Assembly (NCBI GenBank): GCA_020536535.1
Contig: JAHLWZ010000733.1
Location: 101,491-165,490, forward strand
DNA length: 64,000 bases
Origin: Pelomyxa schiedti
Taxonomy: Eukaryota; Protista; Evosea
Reading direction: 5' to 3'
Shown in pieces: positions 12,822 to 25,200 of this stretch; the first letter of the stretch is position 1; every line of letters begins with the position of its first letter. The position numbers and the translations under genes are program-made. The notes below the pieces were generated by a model. It was not told where the DNA came from. It did not search any database and saw only the letters and a program-made list of their open reading frames with translations.

Positions 12822-14637
12822 CTATTCCTCTAGTGGTGTAACTGCCAGCATCACAGCTGCATGTGGTCTGACATCGATGGCGAATTCACCATAGAACTCA
12901 CCAAGGTCTTGCTGGAGGTAAAGGTCACGAATGTGTGCCAGCTACAGAAAGACATAAGAAGTCGGGAGAGAAAACTTTGGTAGGATTGGTACAGCACCTT
13001 GAAAACTGCTGGGTAAAAATCGCCATTATTGTTGCCGGTGTTCATGTGTATGGCAATGTTCCTATCTTCGGTGCCCTTGTGTTTCATCAGTGGAAAGAGG
13101 GAATAGGGGAGGGAACTTTGTTCAGCAAAACAACAGCAAAACGACCGTCGTAAAGAGGTTTCCCCCAAATCTAGGAAATGTCATTCACATCGAGGTGAGA
13201 TTCGTGTTATACCTCATAGGCATCCAAGTACTCAAGGAGAGATCCTTGTACACATTCCCGGTCTTGGTTCACTGGAAAAAAAGGTCGGCTTTTTATAAAT
13301 TTAAATGGGGCCCGGTTACCTGCAAGAATTTCCGGGACAGTAAGAATTTTGATTGCCTCGGCGCTCATGGTTCTCACATCAGCACCAATGATAATTGGCG
13401 AGGCAAGTACAGAATACAGCATCATCTGTGCAAGCTCTTCATCTGAACTCATCCCAGTGTATCCAACTGTAATCATATCCAAAAAGTTGAATGCACCACA
13501 TTTTTGATAGTAGGCATTTCCAACCTTCACGAAGTCAATACCTAGAGTATATATATAAGGTAGAATAACCTGCATATGAACGTTATCCATGAGGGAATCC
13601 CAGGAATCCCCACGACCAAACCATGACTTGTACATATGCGCCCATTGGGGTCCCCATACCCATATAAGCTCATCAGCAGTTAGCGCAATCTGTTTTTCAG
13701 TTTAGGAGGTGAATATTGTTCGTGCCGGGTGTGTTTAAAAAATAACCTTTGGTCTGATGTCAGGGAGTATTCCATGTTGATATGGATTGTATAGACGCAT
13801 ACCAGACGTGGGATTTCCGTCGTCAATATAGTATACTCTATTGATTTCAACCAGGGAAAAGAGTATTGGTTTCAATACATTTGGCGTCCTGTTGCATTCA
13901 ATGCCTCGGACATTGTTTTAACTGAATTCTGTATACAGTTATTTCTCGTTCCACAGAATGCCGCACAGGTATCCTATCTTCACGTGTGAGTCTTGAAGGG
14001 CCCTATTCCAGACGTGGGAGATAGGGAGCATGCATGTTTAAGAAAATCGAATCCCCAATCGGCAAAAGCTTGTGCGTCGGTTTGTTCATGTCCCAGTGAG
14101 CCAGAGAAACCTCCACATGTAACCTCGCTTATCGAGGAGTAAATTCCCGCTTTGAATCCCTTGGCGTGCAGCTGCTGAGCTACTGAAGCCATTCCATTTG
14201 GGAACTTAGCAGTGTCACATTGAATTCTGTCAGAGCTATCACGAGGTTCAGGAACAATACAATGTCCCTCACTGTTTGTCTTCTGGCAGGCCTGCCACCC
14301 ATCATCAATAAGAATATATCTGTCATTCACCAACTTAGAGGCAAAAAAGAAATACTTTTCAATTTAAACTATGAAAGCAGAGAGATGGTGGGTTGTTAAG
14401 AATAGAAATATAAATATCAGCCCCCCGCAACTGGTATCCAGCATCCCATAATCCCGAGGAGAGCATAGCATCAGCCACTTCTAGCAGACCCGACTCCGTG
14501 ACGTTGAATCTCATGCTGTTCCACGACGACCATGCCAAAACCGGCACGCGACCAACCCCATTGTCCACACACCCAACGCTCAAAATTTGAAGTAAAACCC
14601 CGGACGTCAAAACCGCCGCGGCGCACCACCCCTTCAT
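12822..14637 (-). CDS. Alpha-galactosidase, glycoside hydrolase family 27, secreted
   Basis: Signal peptide, then DNGVGRVPVLAWSSWN, YILIDDGWQ, KFPNGM, GIYSS...[30 protein letters not shown], and C-terminal IRDLYLQQDLG...VRPHAAVML. Confidence 0.93.
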
Positions 14638-14773
14638 CACCAATCAATTTGATGGATTTGAAAAACCAAAATGATGTGGGGCACCAGCGCCAAAAGCGTA
14701 AAAAGTTTCCGTATCTTCTTGTATCATCAAATCAATTATCTACCCTCGTCGCTGCCCAGTTCAGAATCAGAGC

Positions 14774-15766
14774 TTACTCTTCGCTCTCGTTGTTGTCCTC
14801 TTCGTCATCCTCATCATACTCTGTGGTGGCACTCCTGTGAGTGGCATCCTCTTCTGCCGAGTCATTCTCGTCTGGTTCTTCTTCTTCACAGTCAGTGGTG
14901 ATGGATTGTTCTTCGTTAGCCTCTGATTCCACTTTTGGCGACCGGGAAGGTGTGTTGGTCCGGGGCTTCTTGCGTTTGGGTGGTTCCGGCTTCTCATGCT
15001 TTTTTGACACCACTTGGGGTCTGATTTGTCCCACTTGCAGGATGAGAACCACTTTGGAGCAGACCTTGGGGCTGCAAAGTTGTGTGACTATTGGTTTTCC
15101 TAGCTCCGACTGGATGAGGGAGATGGAGATGTGTTCATTTGAGTAGTCTTCTGTGGGCAGAGACGGATACGAGTCCTGTGTTTTCTGACAAAATATGAGC
15201 CCAAGTGCCCACTCTCGTGTGGGCTTCTGGAGCTTGCCGAGCACCTCTTTCATTTCACCATTTTTGAGTGGCTCCTCCCAGTCCGTGCTTTCCACGATTA
15301 TACAGCCTCCTTTCAGGCCAATCTCATCCATATTGCCTGTCATGACAAAATCGTCTGCACATACACCAGGTGCTTTCTTGAGGCACTCAAGCCCTCCTGT
15401 GAAGGAATCTCCCTGGCCAGAGAGAAATGGTACTATCTGATTGTCAAATAAGGCCTGAGTGGATTCATTGTAGAGCTGTTGCCATATTGTGCAACACGAT
15501 TTGTCACTGTCTGGTTCCTCAGGGTGGTATGAATACTCTGAATTGCCGTAAACGTGAAACAGCAAGGAATGCGCAAATTTGGAGAGAGTTTGCCCACCAA
15601 ACCCCCCACAGTGCGAGGCTGCTGACACAGCCACTCCTGCAAACATGCTCCATCATCAATCCACTGTTGCCATCAGACCTTCTTTTGGAGGTGGAGTTGA
15701 ACCTGGATTTAGCATCTTTGACAACACCCTCAAATTTGCCATAGTTAATCAGTGCACTGGAGAAGT
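14774..15766 (-). pseudogene. Crinkler-like gene copy 1: 3' portion, frameshifted, truncated by an assembly gap
   Basis: Near-identical to about 54860-55845. An extra A (gcaaacatgctcc vs gcaaactgctcc, about 15645) shifts GLMMEQFAG to GLMMEHVCR. Abuts the N gap at 15767. Confidence 0.7.
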
Positions 15767-15866
15767 NNNNNNNNNNNNNNNNNNNNNNNNNNNNNNNNNN
15801 NNNNNNNNNNNNNNNNNNNNNNNNNNNNNNNNNNNNNNNNNNNNNNNNNNNNNNNNNNNNNNNNNN
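15767..15866. other. Assembly gap (100 N)
   Basis: Run of exactly 100 n; true length unknown. Confidence 0.99.
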
Positions 15867-16215
15867 CAATAACGAGTGCCTGAACTTCTTCTCCTTCCAT
15901 TTTTTATTTTTTTAATTGTTTGTTGGTTCTGCTTGCTTGTCTGTTCTTTGTTGAAAAGAAAAAATGTTGGTTCGTCGCTTAAATGCCCTTGATTGTTCCT
16001 AAACAAGGAGCAATTGCCCAAGGTCAGAATCCGTTTTTGGCTTCATTCTGTTCCTCTGAACGGGATGAAGTCAACTTGGCTCCCAAGCCCTGTCTGAATG
16101 AGGCACTTGTTGAGGTTCGCGCTGTGAGGTCGCCCAACAGGTTCCGATAACCCCGCGATATCGAGCTATCTATCACCCGGTCGATCTGTTATCTCATACA
16201 CCAACTGTTTATTGG

Positions 16216-19200
16216 ATGGCAGACGGTGAGCGTGTACTGTTCGACGATCACGACGCTGCAGAAGGCGACAACGACGCAGCGCCCTCGTGCATCACAGACT
16301 ACAACAACAGCGCCCGCATGGCCGGCGGGGGCGACGCTGAGGAGCCAGGGGCCGGGCCCCTCACTTCCTCGGGTCTGACCCCCTCCGCCGCCGTTTCGAG
16401 GTACGTCGAGGCGCTGGTCGGGTGCGCGGCCGCTGCCGTGGCCTCGTGCATCCGCGTGGTGGCCGGGGCGGGAGCGGGGCCGCTGGGCGGGGGCGCGGGG
16501 GCCAGAGGCGGGGGAGCGGGGGCAGGAGGGCCCGGGGGCAACGGGGGCGAGGGCAGCGGGGCAGAGGGAGGCGGCGCGGCGGTGGGAGTGGGAGTGGGAG
16601 TGGGAGTGGGAGTGGGGCCTGCTGTGATTGTGCACGATTTGTTCCAGGTGGTGTCCGAGATAACTGATGACAGTGAGCTGGGTATGCGTCGAGGGGACTG
16701 CAGCATTGTTGTTGTTTCTTTGTTTGTTTGTTGTTTGTTTTGGATCAAGTTGTATGAATCATGCCTGTGGGTCTTGTTACTTTTGTAACAAGGTTATTGC
16801 TATCTCTTTTTTTTATTGTAACAGACTACAATGACAGTGCTATGTGGATCGATTGTATTGAATGAAGAAAGGGGTGTGATGAAATTTGTGGAGCAGTCTT
16901 GCGTGAATCAAGAAAAAGTATATGTGCAGGCAAGGGAGGAAGCTATCTTGGGGGTAACATCGTTAATTGGGAGGCTGAGCCATCATGTGCGGGAGCATGT
17001 TGTGGAGCTAAAGAATGTTTGCATGAACATTTTCAGGAAGGAACAGTCCAATGTGGTCAAAATAGCATGTTTTGCACTCATTACAAAGGTCATTAAACTG
17101 AAGTTTCCGCTTATTGATGGAGAGAGGCTAAAAGTCCGTGAGATGGCCGAATTGTATTAAAATCCTTTCGGTTTTCCCTTTTTTACTTATTTTGTATCAG
17201 TTTTATGCGTGATATTACATGTGGCAAGTCATCACAAACAGGTAAGGAAACTTAGGACTTCTGGTACACTGTTAATCATGTTTCCAGTAAAATCAAGAGC
17301 CATGCAACTTCTAGGACTTCTTGCACATAACTTTCCAGAACACATTTTTGATAAATCACCAGTTTTACTGCACATATTTTCCGATTCTTTAGCTCGCCAG
17401 TTTAAATCTCCCAAACCTGACATGCAGGTTTGAACCCTCACAGCACCAAGTTGTGTAATTTACTGCTAGGTTATTTCTGGGGCCCTACGGGGATTGACAA
17501 GTTTCCTTTTCCACTTTTCTGGTGATTTTTGTGCAGGTTAATTACTTTTTCCTATGTTATATAGTAACATTTCCCAGACAAAAAAAATGTACCAACCATC
17601 TATAAGTACTTGTGCATGGCTATTGAGCCCCCTAGCCACCTTCAGAGATATGACATCCCCAAAGGTAAATTCGTAAGAAGTGTCTGTATTCTTACCTACA
17701 ATTAGCGGGGTTGAAATTCATCAAGTCACACGCATCTTTGATTCATGAGTACTTAACAGAAGACTCTGTTCCAATGTTCAAAAGACTGTGCATTCTTTGT
17801 AGTCATAATAACAAAGCAGTACGAAAAAGAGTCTCCTGTTCTCCAATCCAACTTCCTTCAGCTTAGAACGTCTGCATTCGCTGCATTGAATTCCTTTTTT
17901 CAATCAGTCTTCAAGGAACTTGTTTCTGGTGTTAGAGATGTTAAGAGAGACCAAGAAACTTTCCAAGTTGCCATTGCCACTTAGCTGAAGGGACTACTAA
18001 CTCTCACAAGTTTTTCGTGAAGAAATTCTTTGAACTTATGGAATCTCCAACAAGTGGAATATATGACATTTCAATATCCATAGTAGGTTTTGGGTGGCTC
18101 GCCCTTCCAGTCAAGGTACCAAGTCAACATAAATTCCATTTCAATGAAGCTGACTGGGGTAGGTGTTCCTGGGGGTAGCCGAGCTTACCAAGATTCTTGC
18201 TGCCCTCTTTCATAAGGCTGAAAAATTTTTACTCTCGTAAGGTTACAAGCAAATTGGTTTACACTCAGCTTTCTGTTGTCAACTAGAATTGACTCTGAGG
18301 AGGAATCAGCAATTCATTTGTCAAGTTTAATGACAAGCTATTCCCGAATCATTGAGCACCTCCCAACTTTAGAAGAATCAGAAGTATATACACTGCACAA
18401 CATACTAATTCTCTTACACTAAAGCAATCAAGTTAATACAACAGGAGAAACTATTTGGAGCTCTTTTCAGGCTTTTTCCACACTTATTTTCCCGCCAATG
18501 GAACAGATACTTCATTGGGCTCTCACAGCTCTTCCACATCTTGTGGCGTAAAGGACAAGCCCTTAAATTTCTTCTTGTGAGAATTAGTACGGAAAAACAT
18601 GTAAAAACGAAACTAAGGAGTATCTAGTTCCCCAAGGGTTATTAGCTACATGTTCAAGAGCTCCAGAGGTAACGCATCTGAAAGCAACAGGTGACATTCT
18701 ACAAAATCATGTTTCACCTAACCATCTTTAAGGGGCTTTTGCTAGCAGTATACCTTTCTACCAGGAGTACAAACCACTCTGGGTACATATTCTTGAATTG
18801 GAAAAAAATGCCCTTGAAGTTCCTTTTTCTGAGGATGAATACTCACGGATGAGTGAACTTATATATGACGAGTTTATTTCTGGTAACTTGTACGCTCCTT
18901 ATTTGCCTCTAACACTCTATAGGCATACTAACACTTGTACACAAACTGAATCTCCAATACGTTGGTACCCAACTAGAGTCTGACACAACAGAGAAATCTG
19001 AGGAAACTGTGACACAGATTGCTTCCATATCTCCTGTAAAAAATTCATACAAAGGAAAAAAGTGACTCAATCCACACAAGAGTTCAGTGAAGCCTGTTGT
19101 ACCCCGAGATATGGAAGTGTTCTTGAACCTGGTGGAATTCTGCAAACTGATATTACCTACTACAAGCACTCAATTTTTCTCAAGGTACATGCATTGTTGA

Positions 19201-22200
19201 AACAAAGTACTAAGATATCAGATGGGTCTTTGTCTTTTGCCGAGACATGCTAAATTTCTCAAAGAAACTACCCCTTATCTCTGGTTTCTACAAGCTTCTT
19301 ACAATCGCTCTTCAATTGTGTGAGAAACATAGATACTTTGAGGTACCTCTCTTCAGGCGCACAAATAATGACATCAGTACAGGGTGTGAGAGTGGAGTAT
19401 GTAGATGACGATGATGAAACAATCATAGATGATTCCAAGGTTATGTGTTATAAGCTTATCAAAGCGGGACTAAAGGTTTGTTTCACGGTTTTCTTCTGAC
19501 TTCCTTTGTTTATCTGGAATAGGAATTCCTTAAAAGAATGCAACAATTTCAAGATGAGCTCTTATCTTCAATCTTGGAATTGATCCTCTCTATTCCAAGA
19601 GAGTTTGTCAATGCCAGTGAACTTGTCCTCCCTCTTACACAGGCTCTGACTTTGGGCGTAAGGTATAATCTCAATTGTGGTTTATTTACTTACTTTCAAA
19701 AGTTATACACCATTGGCGAATATTGGACTTGTTGCCTTGAGCCATTGGATGAAAGTAATGTTGTACACCGTAACGCCTTGACCCACATATATTCAGGTGT
19801 TTCCAGATATAAAGCAGCACCTTCCAGCAATTTTACCTGCTCTGGGTGATTACCTTCTGATTGCCCCTCCAGACTCTGCTGCCGTATCAACATCAGAGAC
19901 AACCTCAAAACATCACAAAGTAAAAATTCGGGCTTTTTATTTTCCTTCCTAAGCTTACATCAGAAGAATGTGGCTGTAGATCAAGTTCTTGAACTTCAGT
20001 ACAAAGTCATTCATCTACTTGGGGAAATTGGAGGAAAAAATGTGCACGTCATACAGGATTTGAACTCAAATTCCACAATACAATCTCAAATAGCATGGGA
20101 CACAAGAGAACGTGTCAAGTTTACCCCACCGTTTTCAGATTTGAAGCCAGATATATTTTTGGGTCAACATGGAGGCTATAATTGTTTTTATCTTACTTCA
20201 AACCAGATTCATTGTTGGGAAGAGTTACAGAGCTTGCAAAAGTGGCGAGTGATAGGCAAACAAAAGTTGCGGCTTGTGAGTTTCTACACAGTGTGATTCT
20301 TCTCATGATAGGCTCTAATGCAGTTGACCCAACAACCACTGCAAGCAACATGGTATTTAGATGTTCAGTAAGCCTCCTAACACAACTCAGAGTACATTCA
20401 ATAAAATATACAGTCATGTCTTTCCAACTCTGCTTCTCCTTGCCATTGACCCAGATCCTGTTACGAGACAGCTTTTTCATAATCTTATTTTGCAGCTTAT
20501 TCACTATTTCACAACAACCGCATACTGTGCTCTAGATGCAGCAACTTTATTGGATGTGTCAGGTACCCTCGATATTAACTTAGCATGCTGTAATCGATAT
20601 GTGTAGTTGATGCAGTTGGTGAACCAAATGGCCCATTGCGAGAATTTGCATCTGAGTGCATAGCTGAATTTTTGAAATGGTCAATAAAATCTGCTCCGGT
20701 GCATAGTATCATTAAAGAATAACTGACTAACCAATCTATAGACAACAGCAAGTAGCCGAGTGAATTCAAAAACTGTATTAAAACGAATATATAGCTTGGC
20801 CTGCCACCCAAGTCCTTACAAGAGGCTTGGATGTGCTACTGCATTCAATTCATCTTATAGGTACCATTTTTCTCATACTATTTAATCAGCCAAAGATATT
20901 TCCGTGAGGAAGAGTCTTTAGTGGATCAGTTTACTTTTGAAATTGCCCAGAACTTTCTTCTATCATTGCAACAGTGCAGCGATGACGATGAATCATTGGG
21001 TTGGATCCTTTCCTTCTTTTACTCTAATATTATTTTAGGTACAGCTGCAGCAATTGTCTCTTCCCTGAGACATTTAGAAAGGGTTATAAAGGTTCGTGCT
21101 GCCCTACTTACTACCAAAAAACCGAGGCGTGGCCATGTCGATCTTAACAGCTTCTTGATGTGGATTTTTAAAGTAGGTATCAAGTATACTTTAAACAACT
21201 CATTACCACAAGTTACTGGGGCATCAACAAACTCAGTTCCGCCACATTGTTATGGATCTAATTGTGTCTCTTGTTCCCTGTCTTCACGGTTGGTCTCTAA
21301 GACTGTCTATTCCTAACAATCAACACAGATATTTCTGTTGCAAAATGGATACATCGTATTCTCCTTAATGAAAAACTATCAATTGCCTCCATTTTTGAAC
21401 CAAAAGAAATGGCTATTCCAAGTATTTCATCTTCCCCAGAGGTAAATGTATGATGTTGTAGTGTTGTCCTAATTATTTTCTCAGATCTTACAAAATTGGT
21501 TTGATCAGTTGTACAGCATTCTGGATTGTTATTTATGGGGAAAAGCATACACAATTCCTCTCCCACACCCAGGTGGTGGTCCTTCACCATCTGGGATAAT
21601 AAAGGCTCTAAGTGTCTTTCTGGACTCATTTGCATTGTGGTCTTACCCAAATGACGGGCAGTGCCCATTGGAGCGCTTATTTAGATCGAAGGTAACACAA
21701 TGCCCTAATCACTACTAATTACATGGAAGTCAAGTGTTGTGTGCAAGATGTTTGAGTATATCACATGTCTAGCTGAAGGGATGGGAGTTGTTGGTGTACA
21801 TGGGTTCTTAGGGAGCAAGCTTTATGAATTATTGTTCAGGTCACTTGTGTCACCTGATTCGGTATATGCTTTCGTCAAACTAACACCCTGACCCAAACCT
21901 AGATTGACATCAAAACTGCCTCAAGTGCTGATGGGATTTTGTTAGACACAGCTAGTATAGCTTTGTGTAAAACTATCGTTAAAGTAACTCCTTCACCTGG
22001 TAGAAAGTTTTGACTACCTACCCTTAGATTTCCGACCCCTCTGCCCAGCACTCCTTCTATAGAACTCTCCAAAAATTACTTTCTTTCCCTGAGAATAATG
22101 CCTTCAACCTGCAGTTTGACTTTTTACCAAGTAAGCCAACTACCATGACATGAACTCAAAATTCAAGATTTCAATCATCTGCGTGCCTTGAACCTTGTAC

Positions 22201-25200
22201 ATGGTCATGTGTTACTGAACCAAATTGGTGTTCTTTCCCACATTCTTGGCATACAAACACCTGCCCAATTGGCTACCCAGCTCGCCACAGGGTTATTTGA
22301 CAACTGCCACACTTATGACACTCCCCTTAAGGCAACTCACAACCACTGCTTGACTTACTTTAATTACAAAAATCTCCAGATAGCCACTGGGTCCCAAATT
22401 TTAATCTATACCTTTGAACTCGGGCTCGATGAGGATGTCTTAATTGATTTCTTACTGGTATCTACTCATTATTCCTTTTTCTCATTTTCCACAACATGCA
22501 CAGGATACAACTCCTGTGACTCGGCAAGAGGCAGAACCAAAAACAAACAGCGTAATCCAATCAACTCCTCCAAGTGTTAGAATTAGAGAAGACATTCAAC
22601 AGTCAGGCTCTCTCGGCTCTCTTTCTGAGACGGAGCTACACCAATTAATTGATTTGAATAAGGATACCGCGATGGTATCACCACAACAAAAGGCAGTCAC
22701 CAAGGGTGCACAGTTTTACACTTGTTTCCATACCCAGGTTTGTGCCTCACATTAGCATCAAAAAATAACCTCTCAATAAGCTTGAGGAGGAAATTATTTC
22801 TAAAGTGACCACCTACTCCACACGACTGTATAGCTCTTTGTCACAGGAACTGATATTTCGCATTCTTGTTAATACTTGTTACCATTGTTTGAAAACCAAG
22901 TCAAATAATGTGACCCAGCCTTTTGTCTTTGAGGTTAGTAAAGGCCTGGAAAAATTCAACTCTGAAGCGACCAGATGTCTAAGCAATTATCCTACTTGGC
23001 ACCGTGGGTTCAAGTGTCCAGTGCAACTGAGTACAAAATGGTGACTGTGTTTTATGAGCTAAAAATACAACTAAGTCTACCCTAGCGGGCACTAGAACTC
23101 ATCAGAGTGTTGTTATTATGTGGAAAGTGCCTGACAGAACCAAGTATGTTTCTCCAACATTCACTTCGATGAAATATTGCTAGATGCACAAGGTTTTATC
23201 AAGCAAACTATTGCCTGCTTTTTTGCCCAGGGCACTACACTTTCCCTCAAGAATGAAGCACTCTCTGTTGTTCGTCACTTGGATGGCAATTTTACTTCTG
23301 TGGTAAGAATTCAGCTTAGAAGATAGTATAATACAAACCACAAAAGATCACTCAATTTTTGCATGAAATGCTCACCCAAGACCTCCCACTAAACTCTCAT
23401 GATGTAGTCAAAGGATCCTCTATGTACACTACTTGAGAGGAATCCACTCAATTGACATTCCCCAGGTTCACTGAATATTCTCTCGCTATAGGGTACCTTT
23501 TTGATTTGCTGGGATCTACACGAAACACAAAGATCTTAGAACTCCTTTACCCTGTTCTTAATGAAAAAGACCACACCCTTAGCAATATGATTTCTTCAAA
23601 ACTCAAGGCTCTAGTGGATGGATGTACAGATGACCAAGCTCGTGAAATTTTTGTCTCTTGCTTTAGGTGCACAAACTTATCTCTGTTTTGAAATCTGTGA
23701 TTTACTTACCTCAGTGTATATGAGGATAATACTCATCCTCCCCAACTGAAAATCGCCTTGGTCACTAAGCTCTGCATTCCACTTATTGAGAAAATATCTT
23801 CTCCCTTCAGGCTGGAGCTGTTTCGCCAACGTATCGGCAGCCTTACTGCAAAGATCCTATCTCCATTTCCACATGAAGTTACACCTGCTTCTGTGCTGCT
23901 CATAACGGAAAAAACCCTAGCATTCAAATTCATTTCTGTAAGTTATCGTGATATAGAGTCAAGATATTAATATGCCCTAGACACTATATTCTGTACTCCC
24001 AGCAGAAACTATTAGATCCAAAATAAATCCAGCATTTTATAGTCTCTCAGATGCGAAGGGCACAGAATTCACATCAGCAGTCATGCGTGCTGCTCATAAC
24101 ACCAAGGCAGAACAGGCAGGTCCATAACACCTAAAAACCATACTTCTTACCATAACGCCAGCTCTGGGAGCCTGCAGTGCATGACATAGTATTGGAGTAC
24201 CACTGTGCTGCATTTGATGCTCTTAGCACTGTGGTTACTCAAACACAGACCAAAGAAAACTTTTTTTATGTCTTCATGTTCAAAGAGCAGCCTGAGAAAA
24301 ACGAACTTATTTGGGAAAATATTGTGGATACTGAAGTACCATCTATTGAATGAAAGAAGTACTAAAAATTTACAGAGAGTTTTCAAGTTAGAAGTAGAAA
24401 CACATTTCCCATGGGCACAGCAAGCTATGAGGTCACTACTGGAGCCCACTAATGACAACACTCCCAATGAAGGAAGCTTAAAAAAGTACGTAGCCTGACT
24501 TAAACAAAGTGCCAAGTAGAATAATAAAAATCCAGCAAAGATGTTTGGAACATCTCTGCACACTACCTCAAAGATAGTAGCCTCAGTCAAGACCTCTCGT
24601 TCTATCCTATTTTTGGAAAAGTTGACCAGGAACCGTTTCCTGCACAGTCACTTGTTGAGACCACTGCACAAAAACAAAGCACACCCAAGTACTTCTTGAC
24701 TTCATAGTTCTGAAATAAGTGACAAATGTGCTTAGAGAGAAACCCATAGAAATGGACGAACTGAATGCGTGTCCTTGCATGCACACGTTCTTGAAACTGT
24801 TGGATACTATGCAAGAAAAATTTGGGGCAACTTACAGGACAGGAGTCTTACCCAAGTGGATGTCTGATATTCTAAGCAAATTTACTTCCCCAGGAACCCA
24901 CGAGAATATAAAACTCTTCATTCTTAAAATCGTTCTAAATAAACCCAAAGTGAGTAGTAACATATGCATTTTCTGGACTGTTTAATGCTTCCAAGATATT
25001 TGAGAATTTTTATGAGTTTTGGCTTCGGCCAATTTTGACTTTTGCAATGACACCACTTTCTGGGGGGACAGGGTTTCACTACTTCCTACGTGATCTTTGT
25101 GTCACAATCTTGCAATGGTTACAAGGTGACATTACAACTCACATTCACGTCATTCACCACAGAAAAGCCAGGAAAATTACCGTGGCGGATATTGATAGAG

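Noticed and set aside
14759-14768. GTTCAGAATC shared after both CRN stop codons as a transposon terminal repeat
   Set aside because: Only 10 nt, at different distances from the stop. No matching inverted copy was identified at a 5' end and no target-site duplication could be verified.
16147-16195. GATAAC...GTTATC inverted hexamer around a CGATATCG palindrome upstream of DNA-PKcs
   Set aside because: Too short to distinguish from chance; no second instance found.
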